In this document: piece after piece, positions 49,684 through 61,274 of the stretch
Layout: every line of letters begins with the position of its first letter
Position numbering within the stretch: position 1 is the first letter of the stretch
Source of the DNA: Nitrospinales bacterium
GTDB taxonomy: Bacteria; Nitrospinota; Nitrospinia; Nitrospinales; VA-1
Length of the DNA: 64,000 nucleotides
Direction of reading: 5' to 3'
Assembly: GCA_965223345.1 (NCBI GenBank)
Contig: CBDCWG010000012.1
Span: 1,024,001-1,088,000 of the forward strand
Program-made: the position numbers and the translations under genes
Notes under the pieces: model-generated
The model's input: only the letters and a program-made list of their open reading frames with translations
Databases searched by the model: none
What the model was told of the DNA's origin: nothing

Positions 49684-50610
49684 TCAGCGGTGGCGGGAAT
49701 GCATCTGCTTCACCCGCTTTCTCTGCTCGGGAGACAGGACTTTCAGCACCGCGATTTTGGCTTCGATCTTGGCGTTGATCATCTTCGATTTGGCGGCGAT
49801 CAAACGCTGGCCGATGGTGCGGATGGCGGATTCATCCACCGTCTCCGAATGCACGAGAAGATCCAGCTCCATGTGGGCGATGGCCTTGTCGGCTTTCGCC
49901 TGAATCTTGGTCTTCTTGTATTCGAACTCGTGTTTTTTCAGGGCTGCAATTTGGTCCTCGCTGAGCATGAGTTTCTGCTTGAAGCGCAACACATGCTGAA
50001 ACGGATCCATTTTCTTGTGATGGCCGCCGTGTCCCCGGTAGCCGTGCCCGCCTTTGTGACCGTAGCCATGTCCATGACCTTTGTACCCGTGATGGCCCTT
50101 CCCGTGCGGGTAGGATTTCCCCTTGTAGGAATAATGCTTGCCTTTGCTGCCCTCGCCTTTGCCGTGTGGATAGGACTTACCGTGGGAATAGGACCGCCCC
50201 TTGCTGCCTTCGCCTTTTTTGTGGCTGTAGCCATGTCCGTGGCCTTTGTAGTGGTGTCCTTTTCCGTGTGAGTACGACTTGCCTTTATGCGAGTAAGACT
50301 TGCCCTTGCTGCCCTCGCTCTTTTTTGTGGACTGGGGTTTGGCTTTGCTGCCTTCGGATTTCTTGGCAGCGGGGTTCTCCGCCGATGCCGCCGGGGCGTT
50401 TTCAGGCGCCGCGTTCGGGTTTGCGGTCTTGTCTTCCTCGAAGCTGTAGCTTCCTTTGCTGTCCGTTCCCGGTTGAAATTGAACTTGTGTGACCTCGGGA
50501 ACCGGGTTGCCTGGAAGTGCGGTTTCCGCTGCCGCGGTCGCGGTGAAAAACACGAGACAGAGAGCGGATACCAGAAAAACGGTCGTGGCTTTGAAGCTGT
50601 TAACGTGCAT
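49684..50610 (-). CDS. Periplasmic Spy/CpxP-like (heavy-metal sensor type) protein with His/Gly/Lys-rich repeats
   Basis: Signal peptide from MHVNSFK; LMLSEDQ and VLSPEQR (LTxxQ-like) motifs; EGSKG and GHGHG repeats. Confidence 0.82.
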   Translation of the reverse strand: MHVNSFKATTVFLVSALCLVFFTATAAAETALPGNPVPEVTQVQFQPGTDSKGSYSFEEDKTANPNAAPENAPAASAENPAAKKSEGSKAKPQSTKKSEGSKGKSYSHKGKSYSHGKGHHYKGHGHGYSHKKGEGSKGRSYSHGKSYPHGKGEGSKGKHYSYKGKSYPHGKGHHGYKGHGHGYGHKGGHGYRGHGGHHKKMDPFQHVLRFKQKLMLSEDQIAALKKHEFEYKKTKIQAKADKAIAHMELDLLVHSETVDESAIRTIGQRLIAAKSKMINAKIEAKIAVLKVLSPEQRKRVKQMHSRHR

Positions 50611-50771
50611 GGAGTCCTCCATCAAAAAAAACTGCATTGCGGCGCTTGTCCTGTTCAGGATGTCCGGTTGTGTCCATTCGATTACCAATTCTCTCATTTT
50701 TGGGGAGGAATTCCCAAGCGGAAAAGGGCGGGGGTCGAAGGACGGTCCTGGGGACGTCCGCATCGCAAATA

Positions 50772-50848
<77 letters not shown>

Positions 50849-50861
50849 ATACTATGGAATT

Positions 50862-50938
50862 TGGGGTGAGCGACGGGACTTGAACCCGCGACAACTGGAG
50901 CCACAATCCAGTACTCTACCAACTGAGCTACGCCCACC
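50862..50938 (-). tRNA. tRNA-His (anticodon GTG)
   Basis: G-1 gtgggcgtagctcagttggtagag...tTGTGGc...cgctcaccCCA. Confidence 0.95.
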
Positions 50939-51120
50939 ATAAGAATGAGTTTGCTGCCGGCTGATCGCAATTAGAAGGCAAGTTTAATGCATCCACGACG
51001 CGAAAGCAAAACGAATTTTTCCCCGCCGGTTCCCGGATTGGGGCGCGGCCGCCACCGCTTTCGGCGTCCCGGCAGAGGCCTCGCGAGTGCCTGAAATTCC
51101 GCCTGTGCCGCGCCGTGGGC

Positions 51121-51579
51121 TCATTTGATGACGCGCAGGTGGCTGCGGTCTCGTTTGCCCTCTTTCGGCCCGGTGGATTTGCTTTTTTTCCCCTCCAGCG
51201 TGGGGAGGGTGGGCCTGTCGGCTTTCCGGGGCTGCGATTTATTGAGAATCTGGTCCGACAGGTTGATGTCTTTCGGGAGGCACTCCTCCCAGACCTGGCC
51301 TTTTTTCATCTTGGGCTCGTAGATGGCCCAAATCGCCGTGAACGGGATTTCGCATTTGTGGGGCCGGCCGCTGAAGGAGAGGGTCACGTAGATGCCTTCC
51401 TTCTGGATGTCGATGGGCCTCCGGAAGTTCAGGTTGAAGATGAGATTGAGCGAAGGGTCGGTTTTGTAGGCCTTCGGGACCATCACATCCGGCAGCCGGG
51501 CGTCCAGGCACACCATCGCGTCGCCTTCACTGAGCAGGCTGAGCAGGAAATCGTACTTCTCCTTGTTCAAATCTTCCAT
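51121..51579 (-). CDS. SspB-like ClpXP specificity factor family protein
   Basis: V.VP, LSFSG...IPFTAIWAIY; C-terminal HLRVIK ClpX-binding-type tail. Confidence 0.8.
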   Translation of the reverse strand: MEDLNKEKYDFLLSLLSEGDAMVCLDARLPDVMVPKAYKTDPSLNLIFNLNFRRPIDIQKEGIYVTLSFSGRPHKCEIPFTAIWAIYEPKMKKGQVWEECLPKDINLSDQILNKSQPRKADRPTLPTLEGKKSKSTGPKEGKRDRSHLRVIK

Positions 51580-51828
51580 CCGGCTAAAATACCACAAATT
51601 GGCATATCGAAAAAGTCATCCTTGCCGTTTGCGCCCGGCGGGCGGGATTCGGCCCTGCGCGGCGCTCTTGTGGGGCCAAAGGCGAGGTGCTATGATGCCT
51701 GCTTATGCTCATTGTGCGGGAAAGCCCCGGCGGGCTTGTTGTCACGGGTTTTTCGCCCGGGAAGGTGGGCTGCGATTGAAGTGAGAGGATCGGATTTTTG
51801 TGAAACGGCGGGATCGGGAGAGAACTAT

Positions 51829-52740
51829 ATGGCTTTGAAGAAACTGGGGTTTGCTTTTTGTGCGTGGTTGTTCGTTCACAGCGTGGGCCTGGTGGCGGCC
51901 AACGCCGAGACGGTGGAGGTGATGGAAAACATTTACACGATCGTGCACGGCGAGGGCATCGATTCCAACACCACCTTCATCGTCACACGCGAAGGGGTGA
52001 TCGTGATCGACACGCGCGTGAGCCCTGCGGAGGCGCGCAAAGTCATGCAGGAAATCCGCAAAGTGACGGACCTTCCCATCCGTTACACGATCAACACGCA
52101 TTACCACGGCGACCACACCTTCGGCAACCAGGTGTTTGCCGACACCAAGACCATCATCGCGCACGAGAACGTGCGCAAATCGCTGGTGGGCTCACTGGGC
52201 CGCGATCATCTGGAAAAATTCAAGTCTTTCAAGATCCCGGGTTTGGATGAGGTCACCGTGACGCCGCCCAATCTGGTGTTCGAAAAGAAGATGCACATCT
52301 ACCTGGGCGGCTACCATCTGGAGCTGATCCACTTCGGGCGCGGGCACACCGACGGCGATATCTTCATCTACATGAATGCGCTCAAGACCGTCATCACGGG
52401 AGATCTGGTCTTCAACGAAAACCACCCCTATATGGGCGACGGCTACGTGGAGGAGTGGATTGCCACGCTGCAGTTCATCGAGGACATCGAAAACGAAGTG
52501 ATCATTCCCGGCCACGGCCCGGTGGGCGGCAAGCCGATCGTAATCGCCATGAAGCACTATCTTCTGGATCTGAAATCCAGGGTGAAGGCGCAGCTGGAGG
52601 CGGGGAAAGGACTGGAAGAGACGGTGGAGGCGGTACGGCAGGGCATGCTGAAGAAATACAAACACTGGGGTAAGAAGAACAACCTGGACAACAACATCAA
52701 GCGGACGTTTCTGGAACTCAGCCTCAAGGAATCCTCATGA
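51829..52740 (+). CDS. MBL-fold metallo-hydrolase (secreted)
   Basis: INTHYHGDH, GHTDGD, TGDL and IPGHG motifs. Real start is MALKKL at 51829. Confidence 0.9.
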   Translation: MALKKLGFAFCAWLFVHSVGLVAANAETVEVMENIYTIVHGEGIDSNTTFIVTREGVIVIDTRVSPAEARKVMQEIRKVTDLPIRYTINTHYHGDHTFGNQVFADTKTIIAHENVRKSLVGSLGRDHLEKFKSFKIPGLDEVTVTPPNLVFEKKMHIYLGGYHLELIHFGRGHTDGDIFIYMNALKTVITGDLVFNENHPYMGDGYVEEWIATLQFIEDIENEVIIPGHGPVGGKPIVIAMKHYLLDLKSRVKAQLEAGKGLEETVEAVRQGMLKKYKHWGKKNNLDNNIKRTFLELSLKESS

Positions 52741-52765
52741 TCCTGCATCCTTGAATCCGTTTCCT

Positions 52766-53671
52766 CTAAGCTTCCGGTCTTTTGAGCCGGTCCTCCGCCC
52801 GGACTTTTCGCAAATACCGGCTGAATCCAAACAGAAACAAAGTGGCTCCGAGCATTTCCGAGCCTTCCTCAACGGCGATCAAAAACCTTCCCTGTGACAG
52901 GCCGAGGGGGTCCACCACATTTTTCGCCAAGCCCTCGAGCAGGATCACCGAGACCCAAAAAGAAAGCGCCACGAACATGATGGCCATCACGTCGGGATAT
53001 CGTTTGAACTGGGTGAAAAAAAAACGGATGAGAAGGGCAACCGCGATGAGGATGAAGGGGCCGTAAAACCACAGCCACTCGTGGATGAAGTGGAAAACGG
53101 TACCGTCCGGATCGATGCTCTGGGACCATTTGATGAAGTTCTCGTGTATACCCAGGCCATCGTCCAAAGCGAGATATAAAAAAAGGCAGGCGACGAGATA
53201 CCAGGGTTTGCGATATTTCTCGTCGCCTGTGTGAGGGTGGGTTTCCCAGGCGACGATCAGGACGAAAACACCGAGGATGAACAATTGCACGGTCGAAAAA
53301 TGCGTGCCGTATCCCTGCTCGGCGTTGAGGTTCCAATGGAAATCCTCGGGATAGAAAAACCACATGGTTTCCAGGATCACCTCCAGAGCGAGGAGGATGC
53401 CGAAAAAATAATAGCGGTTCGGGCTTTCAAGCAGGGAGGTTTTCAATCGGCCGGTCCATGTGTCTCGAAAATCACGGTTGAGCACACCCAAAAGAAAAAC
53501 CGCCGCCAGAAGCGCTCCAAGGGGATTGTTCAGCTTTTTTCCCGGGGCGGGGATGACATGCAAGTCGAACTGGGTGTTTAGAAAAATGAGAACAAGGACG
53601 ATCGCATCGATGACGATGAACAGCTTCAGAAAAATTTCGACTCTGTTTTTCCAGGAGGTTTGACTGGGCAT
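52766..53671 (-). CDS. Integral membrane protein of unknown function
   Basis: Many TM segments; LDDGLGIHE and EEGSEMLG motifs. Confidence 0.75.
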   Translation of the reverse strand: MPSQTSWKNRVEIFLKLFIVIDAIVLVLIFLNTQFDLHVIPAPGKKLNNPLGALLAAVFLLGVLNRDFRDTWTGRLKTSLLESPNRYYFFGILLALEVILETMWFFYPEDFHWNLNAEQGYGTHFSTVQLFILGVFVLIVAWETHPHTGDEKYRKPWYLVACLFLYLALDDGLGIHENFIKWSQSIDPDGTVFHFIHEWLWFYGPFILIAVALLIRFFFTQFKRYPDVMAIMFVALSFWVSVILLEGLAKNVVDPLGLSQGRFLIAVEEGSEMLGATLFLFGFSRYLRKVRAEDRLKRPEA

Positions 53672-53738
53672 GCGTTGCGGGGGGTTGGGGTAAAACAGCG
53701 GTCTGAAAACCGCTCACAAATAAAAGAAACTTTTGGAA

Positions 53739-55532
53739 CTAGTCCGACAGGATTCCTTTTTTCTTCCAGTATTCCCGCAGCGTGTGCTGCTCATCGAGAA
53801 AAGTGTCCAGATACGTGTGATTGGCGGGGATCATTGGCATCACGTGGCCCATGCTCTTGTCGTTGTAGGGATACTTGACGTCGAGCACGTAGGGGCCCTT
53901 GTGCTTGAGCATGCGTTTCAACGCGGGAACCACTTCCTCGGGCTTGGAGATGCTTTCCGATTGGATGCCGAAGGCGTGCGCTATTTCGGCGAAGTTGGCG
54001 TCTCCTAAAAACGTGTGGCCCCGGAGGGATTTGTAAAAGCGGTCCTCCCATTGTGCGACCATGCCCAGATGGGCGTTGTTCAGGACCACGTTTTTGACCG
54101 GGATGTTCTCGATCCGCAAGGTCTGCAATTCCTGGATGTTCATGAGGAAGCTGCCGTCGCCCTCGATGTTGATCACCTGCCGCTTGGGATAGGCGACCTG
54201 CGCGCCCAGGGCCGCGGGCAGCCCGAACCCCATCGCGCCCAGGCCCGACGAGCACAGCCAGTGGAACGGCTTGTCGAAATTCCAGAACTGGGCCACCCAC
54301 ATCTGGTGCTGGCCCACGCCCACCGAAACGATCACGTCTTTTTCCGCGAGCTTGTTGCATTCCTCGATGACGTGCTGCGGCACGATGGCTTTTTTGTCCA
54401 GCTTGTACTGCAGCGGAAATTCCTTTTTCCAGCCCTCAATCTGTTTCATCCAGGGACCGATGTCTTTTTTCGGCTCCACCTTCTCGTTCATCATTTTGAG
54501 CGCCTGCTTGACGTCCCCCTGGATGGGAATGTCGATGGGGATGTTCTTGTTGATCTCGGTGGCGTCGATGTCCACATGGATGAATTTGGCGCCCTTGCAG
54601 AACTCGGACAATTTCCCGGTCACGCGGTCGTCGAAACGCACCCCGAGCGCGATCACCAGATCCGCGTGATTGATGGCGATGTTAGCGTACACCGCGCCGT
54701 GCATTCCCAGCATGCGCAGCGACAGCGGGTCGTCCGAAGGGTATGCGCCGAGACCCATGACCGTCGTGGTGACGGGGACCTTCGATTTGCGCACGAACGT
54801 CACCAGGTCCGAAGAAGCGCCGGAGGTGACGATGCCGCCGCCCGCATAGATGAGCGGCCGTTTCGCTTCCTTGATGGCGTGCAGGGCCTTTTTGATCTGC
54901 ATGGGTGACGGTTTCAGATTGGGCTTGTAGCTGGGCAGGTCGAACTTGACCTTGAAATCCGGAACGATCTCCTGCTGCTGGATGTTCTTGGGGATGTCGA
55001 TCAAAACCGGTCCCGGCCGTCCCGTTCTGGCGATGGTGAACGCCTCGTGCACCACTTGCGGAATGTCTTTGATGTCCTGAACCAGGTAGCTGTGCTTCAC
55101 CAGCGGAAACGTCGCGCCCATGATGTCGGTTTCCTGAAAGGCGTCGCTGCCGAGCACGGTGGAGGGCACCTGTCCGGTGATGGCGACGATGGGGATCGAA
55201 TCCATCTTCGCGTCCATGATGCCGGTGAGCAGGTTGGTCGCTCCCGGTCCGGACGTCGCTAGACAAACGCCGACCCTGCCGGTGCTGCGGGCGTAGCCGC
55301 CGGCGGCGAAGCTGCCGCCCTGCTCGTGACGCGGCAGGACCATGCGGATTTTCTTGCTCAGCGTCAATCCCTGATGGATTTCCATCGACGCGCCGCCCGG
55401 ATAGCCGAAGATGACATCGACGCCCTCGTTTTCCAGGGCCTTCACGAGGATGTCGCGGCCTTTCATGATGGGGGCGCTGGACTGCGCTTTACTCGCTGTG
55501 GAACTCTTCTTTTTTGCGGTTTTGGTAGCCAT
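53739..55532 (-). CDS. ilvB: Acetolactate synthase large subunit
   Basis: FGYPGG, RHEQG, TSGPGATN, AFQETD, GMHG, RFDDRVTG and GDGSF motifs. Confidence 0.95.
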   Translation of the reverse strand: MATKTAKKKSSTASKAQSSAPIMKGRDILVKALENEGVDVIFGYPGGASMEIHQGLTLSKKIRMVLPRHEQGGSFAAGGYARSTGRVGVCLATSGPGATNLLTGIMDAKMDSIPIVAITGQVPSTVLGSDAFQETDIMGATFPLVKHSYLVQDIKDIPQVVHEAFTIARTGRPGPVLIDIPKNIQQQEIVPDFKVKFDLPSYKPNLKPSPMQIKKALHAIKEAKRPLIYAGGGIVTSGASSDLVTFVRKSKVPVTTTVMGLGAYPSDDPLSLRMLGMHGAVYANIAINHADLVIALGVRFDDRVTGKLSEFCKGAKFIHVDIDATEINKNIPIDIPIQGDVKQALKMMNEKVEPKKDIGPWMKQIEGWKKEFPLQYKLDKKAIVPQHVIEECNKLAEKDVIVSVGVGQHQMWVAQFWNFDKPFHWLCSSGLGAMGFGLPAALGAQVAYPKRQVINIEGDGSFLMNIQELQTLRIENIPVKNVVLNNAHLGMVAQWEDRFYKSLRGHTFLGDANFAEIAHAFGIQSESISKPEEVVPALKRMLKHKGPYVLDVKYPYNDKSMGHVMPMIPANHTYLDTFLDEQHTLREYWKKKGILSD

Positions 55533-55595
55533 AATGTGTTGAGCACGTTAACTGAATTGCCGATGCATGTCAAACCCAAACCCCGCGCTTGGGGC

Positions 55596-56528
55596 TCAGG
55601 AAGCGGGCGGGGATGCGGCGGTCAGCAGGATCCCTTCCCGCAGACCGTATTCGCTCACGGTGAGCTTCTCGCAGGCGAACGCCCACATGGTTTCCAGCAC
55701 CAGCAGGCCGCCTGCGATGATGAGGTCCTCGCGGCCCCGTTCCAGGGGTTTCAGCTTCAGCCTTTCGGCAATGGAGCGGGATTTCAGGCCTTCCTGGATG
55801 GCGTCGATTCGGTCCCGCGAAAGCACGTGGCCGTGGATTTTTTCCGGGTCGTAGGGGTAAAGGTCCAGGTCCAGCGCCGCCAGGGTCGTCACCGTGCCGG
55901 CGGTGCCGAGCAGCAGCTCGGGCTGAAAGTCGCAAAGCTCGTTGCGGACCGTGTCGAGCTCCGTGCGGATGTGGTTCTGCATTTGCCGGTATTCGGTGTC
56001 CACCACCGGGTGGCGGGTGAGGAAACGTTCGGTCATCCGGACGGTGCCCAGCCGGGTGCCGCGGGCGCGCTGCATTTTTGGGCCGCGCGACAGGATGTAT
56101 TCGGTGCTGCCGCCGCCGATGTCGAAGCTGAGGGCGGGGCGGTCTTTATGGTCGATCTTCCAGAACACGCCTTGCAGCGTGAGGCGGGCTTCTTCCTCCC
56201 AGGGGATCACCTCGATGCGGATTCCCGTGCGCTCCTGCACTTGTCTGACAAACTCTGCACCGTTGGACGCTTCCCGCACCGCGCTGGTGGCCACCGCCCG
56301 CAGGCGGAGGGGTTCGTGGCGGCTCAGGATCTGCTGAAATTCCGACAGCACCTGCACGGTGGCGTCCATCCTTGCGGGAAGCAGGCATTTCTGCGTGTCC
56401 ATGCCTTCGCCGAGGCGGGTGATCCTGCGTTCGGAATTCAGCTCGCGAAAATTTCCGTCGGCATCGGATTGCAGGATCAACAGCCGCACAGTGTTGGTGC
56501 CGATGTCGATGGAGGCGAAGCGTTTCAT
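55596..56528 (-). CDS. Ppx/GppA phosphatase family protein
   Basis: IDIGTNT, ATSAVREA, DIGGGSTE and GLREG motifs. Start MKRFASID overlaps the lptG stop. Confidence 0.9.
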   Translation of the reverse strand: MKRFASIDIGTNTVRLLILQSDADGNFRELNSERRITRLGEGMDTQKCLLPARMDATVQVLSEFQQILSRHEPLRLRAVATSAVREASNGAEFVRQVQERTGIRIEVIPWEEEARLTLQGVFWKIDHKDRPALSFDIGGGSTEYILSRGPKMQRARGTRLGTVRMTERFLTRHPVVDTEYRQMQNHIRTELDTVRNELCDFQPELLLGTAGTVTTLAALDLDLYPYDPEKIHGHVLSRDRIDAIQEGLKSRSIAERLKLKPLERGREDLIIAGGLLVLETMWAFACEKLTVSEYGLREGILLTAASPPAS

Positions 56529-57628
56529 TCCATGAAGGGGAGCAGTTTCTCGTTGTCGATGGTGAGGATGAGGTAAAACCCGACGGCGGTGAACAAAACG
56601 ATGGGCCCCCAGGCCGCCATGATCGGACCGAACGTGCCGCCGCGCCCCAGGGACACCGCCATGGCGTACACGAAGGAGAACGACAATCCCATGGCGAGGT
56701 TGACGGCCACGGAGAACAGGACGCCGCCGTGCCGGCTCGATCTTAGTGAAAGCGGAATGCCGATGAGCGCCAGCACAATGGCGATGAACGGGTAGGAGAG
56801 CTTGTAGTTGAGATCCACCCATTTTTCGGAGACGTCCATGCCGTCGGCTTCACGGGATTTGATCTCCTCGTACATGCTGCGGATGCTCATCTCCTCGGGG
56901 CGGATTTTGTAGGTCTTGAAATCCTCGGGGGTCTCGGGAACCTTGAGATAGGTCTTTTCGAAATATTCGGTTTTTTCCAGCCCGGAGGAATCAAACGTGC
57001 GGATGTGGCCGTCCTGAAATTCCCAGCGGCCCTGGTTCCACACCGCCTGCTCGCAGTCGATGCGTTTTTCGATCGTCTGGTCCGAGCGCGGGAAGAAGAT
57101 GCGGATGCCGTGCAGGATGGCGTTTTTGTGATCGTAGGTTTCGATGTTCCAGATGGCGCCGTTGTCCGACTTGTACCAGATCTTTTCCTTTTCGATCATT
57201 CCGTAGCTGTGGCGTTTGTGCACCTTGACGTAATAGATGTAATTCATCTTCTTGCTGGTGACCGGCGCGATGTATTCGTTGCACAGAAGAATCAGGCAGG
57301 CGATGACCACCGACATGCCGACGATGGGCATGGCGATTCCGGTCACGCTGATGCCGCAGGCTTTCATGGCGGTGATCTCCTGGGTCTTGGCCAGAGAGGC
57401 GATGGCGATCACGGTGGCGATCAGCACCGCCTGCGGCGCCATGTAGAAGATGACGAAGGGGATTTTCAGCACGTAGTACCACAGCGTTTCCAGGAAAGGA
57501 GAATTTTTGCTGATGAATTCGTCGGCCCGCTCGAAAAAATCCCCCATGATGAAAATGCCCACCAGTCCGCCGGCGGAGAACAGGTAAAAATTCAGAAAGC
57601 GTTTGAGGACGTATTTTTTAAGCAGCAT
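56525..57628 (-). CDS. lptG: LPS export ABC permease LptG (LptF/G family)
   Basis: EITAMKACGIS, KLSYPF and AAWGP motifs. Confidence 0.85.
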   Translation of the reverse strand: MLLKKYVLKRFLNFYLFSAGGLVGIFIMGDFFERADEFISKNSPFLETLWYYVLKIPFVIFYMAPQAVLIATVIAIASLAKTQEITAMKACGISVTGIAMPIVGMSVVIACLILLCNEYIAPVTSKKMNYIYYVKVHKRHSYGMIEKEKIWYKSDNGAIWNIETYDHKNAILHGIRIFFPRSDQTIEKRIDCEQAVWNQGRWEFQDGHIRTFDSSGLEKTEYFEKTYLKVPETPEDFKTYKIRPEEMSIRSMYEEIKSREADGMDVSEKWVDLNYKLSYPFIAIVLALIGIPLSLRSSRHGGVLFSVAVNLAMGLSFSFVYAMAVSLGRGGTFGPIMAAWGPIVLFTAVGFYLILTIDNEKLLPFME

Positions 57629-57640
57629 CGCGGTGTCCGT

Positions 57641-58729
57641 TCAGCGGCGGTTTTCTGAAGAGAGCGGGTCCCCTTGCAGAACGAATCGTTGCAGCGCCCG
57701 GTTCAGGGGGGCGAGATCCGGCCGGTTCGTCAAGGTCTCGGTCACGTAGGTCAAGGTTTGCGGGATGTATTGCAGATAGCGGTCGTTGCCGCGCGCGACG
57801 CTTTGAAACGCGAAGGTGCCCACGGCTTTCAGGTTCCTCTGGATAGACATTCTATCAAAGATTCCCTGAAATGCGGCGCGATCGACGCTGCGATTCTCGT
57901 TTTTTTCCTTGCAGCGGATGAAATGTTCGATCATTTCGTTTCTGAAATCCGGTTCAAGGGGAAAATAGGAATCCTTCAGCAGCGAGGCGAGGTCGTACTG
58001 ACAGGGGCCCATACGGGCGTCCTGAAAATCGAGCAGGATCAGGTTCCCGTCTTTCACCATCAGGTTGCGGCAGTGATAATCGCGGTGGGTGAAAAACGTC
58101 TCTTCGGCGGCCAGCGTTGCGCATAGATCCAGAAGGGGACGGCGCAGGTCCGCAAGATCGCTTTCTGCGAGCGAGACGCCTTTGAGCCCGGTCACGTAAT
58201 GCTCGATCATGAAGTCCAGTTCCCACATCAGCTTTTCCACGTCGAACCTGAGGGCGTGCGCCGGGCAATCCGGGCCGAGGGCGCGCGTGGCGCGGTGATG
58301 CAGGTCCGCAAGCAGCTCCACCGCCTGCCGGTAACAGGTTTCGGTTTTCTCCGGGTGATGTTTGAGCTCATCCTCCATCGTGCGGGGGCCGCAGTCCTCG
58401 AGAAACAAGAGACCCCTTGCGGCATCGTAGTGGTACAGCCTGGGAACCGGCAGTTCGAGTTTCTGCAAATATTTTAGAATGGCGGTGAAGTCGGTGTCTG
58501 CGCCTGCAACCGGTTCCTGAAGCTGCATGAGAATCGCGGTCCGCTCCGCTGGGTTTTCGGAAGGCATGCGGTATTGCAGGCGAAAATATTTGCGGTCCGA
58601 AGCGTCTCCCTGCAGGGGGAGCGCCGTCACGGCCTGTACGGGCGCGCGGAAGACGCTGTGCAGAATTTCGGAGAGGTAGGCCGTGTCGAATCGGATTTGG
58701 GATGCCTCGTTTTCAGGCGGTTGGGTCAT
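57641..58729 (-). CDS. Aminoglycoside-phosphotransferase-family kinase (AmgK-like)
   Basis: GDASDRKYFR, HRDYHCRNLM, LDFQDA and QRNLKAVG motifs. Confidence 0.88.
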   Translation of the reverse strand: MTQPPENEASQIRFDTAYLSEILHSVFRAPVQAVTALPLQGDASDRKYFRLQYRMPSENPAERTAILMQLQEPVAGADTDFTAILKYLQKLELPVPRLYHYDAARGLLFLEDCGPRTMEDELKHHPEKTETCYRQAVELLADLHHRATRALGPDCPAHALRFDVEKLMWELDFMIEHYVTGLKGVSLAESDLADLRRPLLDLCATLAAEETFFTHRDYHCRNLMVKDGNLILLDFQDARMGPCQYDLASLLKDSYFPLEPDFRNEMIEHFIRCKEKNENRSVDRAAFQGIFDRMSIQRNLKAVGTFAFQSVARGNDRYLQYIPQTLTYVTETLTNRPDLAPLNRALQRFVLQGDPLSSENRR

Positions 58730-58826
58730 GGCGTGCCCTGGGAGGGGAAAAATAAATCCATTTCACTATTCTGCCATCTTAAAGTAAACTTTTCGCTCGT
58801 TAAAATATTCTCTTTGGAGGAGAAAC

Positions 58827-59153
58827 ATGCCGAAACCAAGTTACCATATCCTGGTTTGCACCAACAAGAGGCCGCCGGGGCATCCCAGAGGGTCGTGCGG
58901 AGAAAACGGCGCCGACGGCGTTCTTGAAAAATTCGCTTCCCAGATCGAGGAAAAAATGCTGTTTGGAAAAGTCATCATTTCCTCCTCTTCCTGTCTGGGG
59001 CCCTGTTCCATCGGACCCGTGGTGATCGTCTATCCGGACGGCGTCTGGTACAACAAGGTCAAGCCGGATGACGTGGGAGAAATTCTCGACAGTCATATCG
59101 GTAAGGGAGAGAAAGTGGCGCGGCTGGAGATCCCGGATGAACTCTGGGGTTGA
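58827..59153 (+). CDS. Thioredoxin-like [2Fe-2S] ferredoxin
   Basis: VCTN...SC...CLGPC..GP...YPDGVWY. Confidence 0.92.
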   Translation: MPKPSYHILVCTNKRPPGHPRGSCGENGADGVLEKFASQIEEKMLFGKVIISSSSCLGPCSIGPVVIVYPDGVWYNKVKPDDVGEILDSHIGKGEKVARLEIPDELWG

Positions 59154-59169
59154 GTGTCTCTGAGTTTGC

Positions 59170-59199
59170 AGGCGCTTCCTTAAAGGGAGCGCCTTTTTT
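59170..59199 (+). terminator. Rho-independent terminator
   Basis: aggcgcttcc-ttaaag-ggagcgcct followed by a T run. Confidence 0.7.
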
Positions 59200-59213
59200 C
59201 TTTCCCCGATTTT

Positions 59214-59816
59214 TCACGATTCGTCGTCATCCGCATCCGCGAGTTTCAAGATCGCGTTCCACAGCTCCTTCCTGCCGGTTTTGCTCTGACTGGAAAAGAG
59301 GATCGGCCCGCCTTCCTTCTCCCCGAAAAACGCTTCCCGGATCTGCTCTTTTTGTTTCTTGCGCTCGGACGGGCGCACCTTGTCCGTTTTCGTGGCCACC
59401 AGGATATAGCGGATGCCGAGCGCGTCGAGCCAGTGCTTGAGATCCAGATCCAGTTGTGTGGGCGAGCGGCGCAGGTCCACCAGAAACACCAGGGCGCGCA
59501 GGCTTTGTCTCTCTGTCAGGTATTGCTCGATCATTTTTTTCCAGCGGCGCTGCACCGGGGGCGGCACCTTGGCGTAGCCGTAGCCGGGCAGGTCGGTGAA
59601 GATGAGACGTTCGTTGATGCTGAAGAAGTTGATCTCCTGTGTTTTACCCGGGGTCGCGCTGGTGCGCACCAGTTTTTTGCGGTTGAGCAGCGTGCGGATC
59701 AGAGAGGATTTGCCCACGTTGGAGCGGCCGGCAAACGCGAACTCCGGCAGGCTTTCCGGTGGGTACTGCCTGGCCGACACCGCGCCCTTTATGAATTTGG
59801 CCGAGAGGATCTTCAT
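59214..59816 (-). CDS. engB: Ribosome biogenesis GTPase YihA/YsxC
   Basis: GRSNVGKSS, PGKT, DLPGYG and TKTDK motifs. Confidence 0.95.
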   Translation of the reverse strand: MKILSAKFIKGAVSARQYPPESLPEFAFAGRSNVGKSSLIRTLLNRKKLVRTSATPGKTQEINFFSINERLIFTDLPGYGYAKVPPPVQRRWKKMIEQYLTERQSLRALVFLVDLRRSPTQLDLDLKHWLDALGIRYILVATKTDKVRPSERKKQKEQIREAFFGEKEGGPILFSSQSKTGRKELWNAILKLADADDDES

Positions 59817-59851
59817 CGTGCGGGCCGCCTGCCGGTTGACCCGGCCGGGGT

Positions 59852-61150
<1,299 letters not shown>

Positions 61151-61274
61151 AACGGATCTTCAGCATGGAAAAGGATTCAAACGGCTATGCACCGGACACC
61201 GTGCGAGCGGACCGCCGCAGGGCGCACGGCAACCCGTCCGGCTGGCTCGGAGGTCCGATTATAGCAAATTTTTC

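Noticed and set aside
51115..51828. N-terminal extension of the 541-aa ORF
   Set aside because: Antisense to the SspB-like gene; the MBL protein starts at 51829 with an RBS and signal peptide.
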